A model generated the notes under the pieces. The model ran no database searches and had not been told where the DNA came from. It saw only the letters and a program-made list of their open reading frames with translations. DNA of 64,000 nt from Vulcanimicrobiota bacterium (lineage in GTDB: Bacteria > Vulcanimicrobiota > Vulcanimicrobiia > Vulcanimicrobiales > Vulcanimicrobiaceae), in assembly GCA_963812155.1 (NCBI GenBank), contig CAWETW010000001.1, positions 1 to 64,000 of the forward strand, read 5' to 3'. A program made the translations under genes and the position numbers. This document shows, piece by piece, positions 59,281 through 64,000 of the stretch. Position 1 is the first letter of the stretch, and each line of letters starts with the position of its first letter.

Positions 59281-60050
59281 CGGAGATGCGTCGCATTGCA
59301 GTGCTGGTCTTCCCCGGAACGAACTCGGAGGAGGAGACGCTGCGGCTGTTGCGCGATTGCGGCGGCGATGCCGAACTCGTGCACTGGTCGCGCGTGCAAA
59401 CGCTCGGCGCGTTCGACGCCTACGTTCTTCCCGGCGGGTTCGCGTACGAGGATCGCATCCGCGCCGGCGCCGTCGCGGCGCATGACGAGGCGATGGACGC
59501 GGTCGTGACCGCTGCTCGCTCCGGCAAACTCGTGCTCGGCATCTGCAACGGCGCGCAAATTTTGCTCGAGGCGGGGCTCGTGCCCGGCACCGGGACGGCT
59601 CGCCGTCCGACCGCCGCTTTCACCAACAACGCCCCGGTGCCGCACTTCGTCTGCCGCCACGTCTACCTGCGGCTCTCCGTGGCACCCGAGCGTTGCGCGA
59701 TCACTGCATCGCTGGCGCCCGCGGCGCTGATTCCGGCATACGCCGCACACGGAGAAGGCCGTTTGGCGGCATCCGGCGAGCATCTCGCCGAAATCGTCGC
59801 CGGCGATCATCTTGCATTCGTCTATGCCGATGCGTCGGGCCGCACCGAAGACTCCGCCGTTCCCAACGGGTCGGCCCTCGGCTGTGCGGGGCTGGTGAAC
59901 GTGGAGGGTAACGTGCTCGCGGTTATGCCGCATCCGGAGCGCGACGCGTGGAACTTCAATCATCTCGACCGGTGCGAAGGCGACGACGTGCTCGCGCCTT
60001 CCGGCGGCGCCGCGCTCTTCCGCAGTTTCGTCGCCGCGGTGAACGCGTGA
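59277..60050 (+). CDS. purQ: FGAM synthase glutaminase subunit
   Basis: FPGTN, PGGFAYED, GICNG, AHGEG, MPHPER. Confidence 0.96.
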   Translation: MTEMRRIAVLVFPGTNSEEETLRLLRDCGGDAELVHWSRVQTLGAFDAYVLPGGFAYEDRIRAGAVAAHDEAMDAVVTAARSGKLVLGICNGAQILLEAGLVPGTGTARRPTAAFTNNAPVPHFVCRHVYLRLSVAPERCAITASLAPAALIPAYAAHGEGRLAASGEHLAEIVAGDHLAFVYADASGRTEDSAVPNGSALGCAGLVNVEGNVLAVMPHPERDAWNFNHLDRCEGDDVLAPSGGAALFRSFVAAVNA

Positions 60051-60508
60051 TGCGCCGGACTGTCGCCATCTCGCTGAAAATTCCCGACAACGCCGCTTAC
60101 ACCGCGCTGACCGCATTACGCCGCATCGGCCTCGAACTCGGTGAGGCCGACCGGCGCGAGATTTGGCAGTTCGAGGATGCCGGAACGCCCGAGACGCTCG
60201 TCGATCGCATTTCCGCCAACGCCGCAATCTTCAACCCGAACAAGCACCGCATCGCCGTCTTGGAACATCAGCAACCCCAGGCCGGGGAAACGTGGGTGTC
60301 GCCGGCCGGGCAGCGCGACGAAGTGCGCGAACACCTCGGAGGCACCGGCATCGAAGGCATCCTGCGCGCGAAGCGTGCGGTAGGCTGGAGATTGCGCGAC
60401 GGGCATGGCAACCCGGCCGAGCGCGCGATGCTCGTCGCGGCCGTCGAAGGCCTTCTCTGCAATCCGGCCGTCGAAGAGGCGCGCTACGAAGGAGACTCGT
60501 CCGCTTGA
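60050..60508 (+). CDS. purS: Double-length PurS-like protein
   Basis: Follows purQ; 152 aa; ends LLCNPAVE like the PurS LLANPVIE motif; internal IFNPN. Confidence 0.6.
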   Translation: MRRTVAISLKIPDNAAYTALTALRRIGLELGEADRREIWQFEDAGTPETLVDRISANAAIFNPNKHRIAVLEHQQPQAGETWVSPAGQRDEVREHLGGTGIEGILRAKRAVGWRLRDGHGNPAERAMLVAAVEGLLCNPAVEEARYEGDSSA

Positions 60509-61528
60509 ACCGTCCCTACACGATCGCTACGCTCGGCTCGCATTCGGCGCTGCAAATCCTCAAGGGCGCGCACGATGAAGGCTTCAAGACGCTGGCCATC
60601 TCCAATCGCGTGACCGAACGGCTCTACCGCTCGTTCGCCTTCGTGGACGAGGTGATCGCACTTGGAGACTATTCAGAGTTCATGAGCGTCGTCGACGAAC
60701 TGGCGCGGCGCAAGGTCATCATCGTCCCGCACGGTTCGTTCGTGGCCTATCTTTCGCTCGAAGAGCAGAAGAAGATGACGATCCCCTACTTCGGCAACAA
60801 GGCAGTGCTCGATTGGGAAGCCAGTCGCGAACTGCAGCGCCAGTGGCTTTCTCGTGCGGGCTTGACGCTGCCGCGCCAGTTCCGCAGCGGCGCAGAGATC
60901 GACCGGCCGGTCATCGTTAAACTCTACGGCGCGGCAGGCGGCAAAGGGTATATGTTCATCCAGGATGCGGCCGACTTCGAAGCGCGCGCGGCGCACCTGC
61001 AGCAAGACTACATCATTCAGGAATACGTCATCGGCGTCCCGCTCTACATTCATTACTTCTATTCGCCGCTCAATGACAAACTCGAAATCATGTCGATGGA
61101 TCGCCGCTACGAAACCAACGTCGACTCGCTCGGCCGCATCCCCGCGGCGGCGCAGGGCAGCATGGACGTCAACCCGTCGTACGTCGTCGTGGGCAACCAG
61201 CCGGTCTCGCTGCGCGAATCGATGCTCGCCGAAGCGCTGCGCATGGGCGACGATGTCGTGCGGATCAGCAAAGAGATTTGCGGTCCCAAAGGCCTCTTCG
61301 GCGCCTTCTGCATCGAAACGATCATCACGCCGGACATCCAGTTCTACGTGATGGAAATCTCGGCGCGAATCGTCGCGGGAACCAATCTTGTTCATCGACG
61401 GCTCTCCGTATTCGTACCTGAACTATTCCGAGCCGATGTCGACCGGCCGGCGCATCGCGCGGGAGATCAAAAACGCCCTTCTCACCCACAATCTCCGTTT
61501 CGTTTTCGATGATTCGAGCATTCTCTAA
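60505..61528 (+). CDS. purP: Formate-dependent FAICAR synthetase, frameshift near 61390
   Basis: [65 protein letters not shown]. Confidence 0.92.
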
Positions 61529-62626
61529 CACCCTCACCGTTTTCGTTCTGCTGGTGTTGATGTTGCCGGCGGCGGCGAAAGCGGCGTTGGTTGCCGATCC
61601 GGCGGTGCTCTACCAGCAGATGAAGGACGCCTACGGCAAAGGCGCGGCGGGCGGCTGGAATTACCGGTCGCAGCAGTACTATCTGTCGACGATTTTCAAT
61701 GCGGGACGCGCCTACTCGCTGCAGTATCCCGACGATCCGGCGTACGGAGAGTTGGCGACGCTGACGGTACAAATCGGCGGAGGCCTGCACTACAATCCAC
61801 TGATCAATCACGATGCTGCGGCGTGGTGGGTACGCGAAGCGTCCGACTGGGTGATGAAGCACGGGCAGGATGCGTCGCTGATGGGCGAAGCCGCGCAGAT
61901 GCTGCAGCGCGTGAACTCCGAAGATGCTCCCGAGCAGCTGGCGCGTTTGGCCGATCAAGACGCGACGGCCAACCTGCAGACCTATCCGCGCGACGTCGAC
62001 GCACTGCTCGCGCAGGTCGAAGCCAATTGGCGGGGATGGCTATTGACGCGCGACGCCGCTTGGCGCTCGCTGGCATTCCAGCGGGCGGCGGCGGCGGACT
62101 TTCCGGTCGCGCATCTGCCGACGACGTGGGGAAACGACCTGGTGGCTTCGGCCAGTGCGGCATCGACCGAAAACGGCTACAGCGGACAGGACGTCGCAAA
62201 TGCCGGGATATTCCTGCGCCGACTGAAAGCCGTCGATCCGATCCGAGTCATCACCACCGTTACGGCGCTTCCGCACGACGTGTACATGACGACGCTCGCG
62301 CCGGCGGACGAGTACTTCGGGCGCATGGGCATGTCGATTCTGGGCATTCGAGAACCAACTCAAGCACATCAATTTCATGCTCGACTACAACTACGGCAAT
62401 CGCGAGAGCGGCGAGACGGTCTTGGTGGCCGAGTCGATCGACGACATGCACAAGGTCTATCCTCGCGATCGCGATTTACCGATGCTGCTCTACTGGTGTT
62501 ATACGACCTTGCAGCGGATGAGCGACGCGCCAGTCACGCACGGCTGCCGCGCATCTGCGGGCGATTCTCACGGTCGAATACCAGGACAGCCCGCAGGCCC
62601 GCAAGATTCTCACGGGAAGTTCTTAG
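61509..62626 (+). CDS. Secreted helical hypothetical protein, frameshifted
   Basis: Signal peptide; [16 protein letters not shown] motif; continues into ORF 62377 and a third frame. Confidence 0.6.
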
Positions 62627-62632
62627 GCACGC

Positions 62633-63962
62633 ATGCTCAACGCGGTGCCGGCCGACCGTTTGCAGTTTGCATTTACGGTCATGTTTCACTACCTCTTTCC
62701 GATCGGGACGATGGGCTTGGCGCCGTTCGTGGCGGCCTATACGTGGAAGGCGGCGCACACCGGCGACCCGGACGCCGCCCGCGCGGCGCGATTCTGGACG
62801 AAGATCTTTGCGATCAACTTCGCGGCCGGCGTCGTCACCGGGATTCCGATGGAGTTTCAGTTCGGCACGAACTGGGCGGAGTTTTCGCGGCGCACCGGCG
62901 CGGTCGTCGGCCAGCCGCTCGCGATGGAAGGCTTCTTCGCGTTTTTCCTCGAGTCGGTATTCCTGGGGATACTGCTCTACCGGCGGCGCGAGCAGCCGTC
63001 CCCGCTCGTCGCCTGGTCGGCGGTGCTCGTCTGCGTCGGCGCGTGGCTCTCCGGCTTTTTCATCGTCGCAACGAATGCGTGGATGCAGCATCCGGTCGGC
63101 TACTCCGTCGCCGCCAACGGCACGGTGCGTCTCGAGAGCATCGCCGCGCTGCTGCTGTCGCCGTGGACGTGGTGGCAGTTCGCACACGTGCTCACGGGCG
63201 CGTTGCTGGCGGGCGCGATGGTCGTTGCCGGCTGCGGCGCGTACTATCTGCTTGCCGGACGCGAACCCACGATCGGCCGGCGCTTCGTGCGCGCGGGCAC
63301 CATCGCGTCATTCATCTTTGCAGCGATGGCGGCATTTCCGACCGGCGACGGAAACGCGAAAGACGTGACCGCCTATCAGCCGGTGAAGCTCGCGGCGATG
63401 GAAGGACTCTTCGAGACGACGCGCAGCGCGCCGCTGGCGATTATCGGAATGCCCGATCCCGCCGGGCAGACGCTGATCGATCCGATCTACGTTCCGGACT
63501 TTCTGAGTTTTCTCGCGTACGGAAATTTCAACGCCAACGTCAACGGTCTCAGGGACTACGCGCGCGACCAGTGGCCGCCGGTCGAGTTCACGTATTACGC
63601 CTATCACGTGATGGTCGGTCTGGGGACGATCTTCGTCGGCGTCATGGGCATCGCACTGCTCGCGCTCGTCTTGGGCCGTCTCGAGCGGCGCGCGCTGGAT
63701 TTTGTGGCCGCTCATGCTGCTGATGCCGTTCCCCTATATTGCCAACGAGGCCGGCTGGATGGTGAGCGAGGTCGGTCGGCAGCCGTGGATCGTCTACGGC
63801 CTGATGCGCACCGCGCAAGCCGCGTCCCCGACCGTCAACAGCGGTGAGGTCGTCTTCACGACGATCGGATTCGCCGGCATGTACTTTCTCCTCGGCGTCT
63901 TATTCCTGATTCTCGTGCTGCGCGAGATCGGTCTCGGGCCGTCGCACGCGGAGCGAGCGTAA
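62633..63962 (+). CDS. cydA: Cytochrome bd oxidase subunit I, frameshift near 63700
   Basis: QFAFTVMFHYLF, GVVTGIPMEFQFGTNW, NAWMQHP, QPVKLAAMEG, GWMVSEVGRQPW. Confidence 0.96.
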
Positions 63963-64000
63963 TGCTCGCAACGGTTGCGTTCGCCGTCGATCGCGTTCAT
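63962..64000 (+). CDS. cydB: Probable start of cytochrome bd subunit II (truncated by window end)
   Basis: TAATG overlap with the cydA stop; hydrophobic MLATVAFAVDR; positional inference. Confidence 0.6.
   Translation, partial: MLATVAFAVDRVH

Noticed and set aside
61509..63723. Fusion of the secreted protein with cydA-region frames (ORFs 61509..63368, 62377..63723)
   Set aside because: Read-through caused by frameshifts; the tails are off-frame to cydA
1..64000. CRISPR array, cas genes, intact IS or prophage
   Set aside because: No regularly spaced repeats, transposase or phage structural motifs were seen

Overview
High-GC bacterial chromosomal window. The gene content (many secreted beta-propeller lipoproteins, three phosphoesterase paralogs, yvcJ/yvcK, khpA) suggests Eremiobacterota/Vulcanimicrobiota; this is inference. 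Many genes carry single-base frameshifts that look like long-read assembly errors, densest at about 25.5-30.2 kb. Core content: reverse transsulfuration genes (CBS, cystathionine lyase), rapZ/yvcK, rnpB, four tRNAs (Leu-CAA, Ala-GGC, Ala-TGC, Ile-GAT), yceD-rpmF-fabH-fabD-fabG-acpP-ffh-rpsP-khpA-rimM, a split riboflavin cluster, mtnA, holA, a purB-purC(E)-purL-purQ-purS-purP cluster and cydA plus the start of cydB. Most notable: (1) a RibBA with an N-terminal XRE helix-turn-helix, whose own promoter carries a perfect palindrome over the -35 box, a candidate autoregulating riboflavin enzyme-repressor; (2) a lytic transglycosylase followed by two paralogous small helical proteins resembling needle/rod or Hrp-pilin subunits; (3) an APC transporter fused to a GH35 glycosidase; (4) an RNase P RNA with a large structured P12 expansion; (5) a decayed 2-kb island at tRNA-Ile carrying a GH72-like lipoprotein; (6) a PAICS-like PurC-PurE fusion with a degenerate carboxylase domain next to archaeal-type PurP. 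All protein calls come from motif recognition by eye, not database searches.
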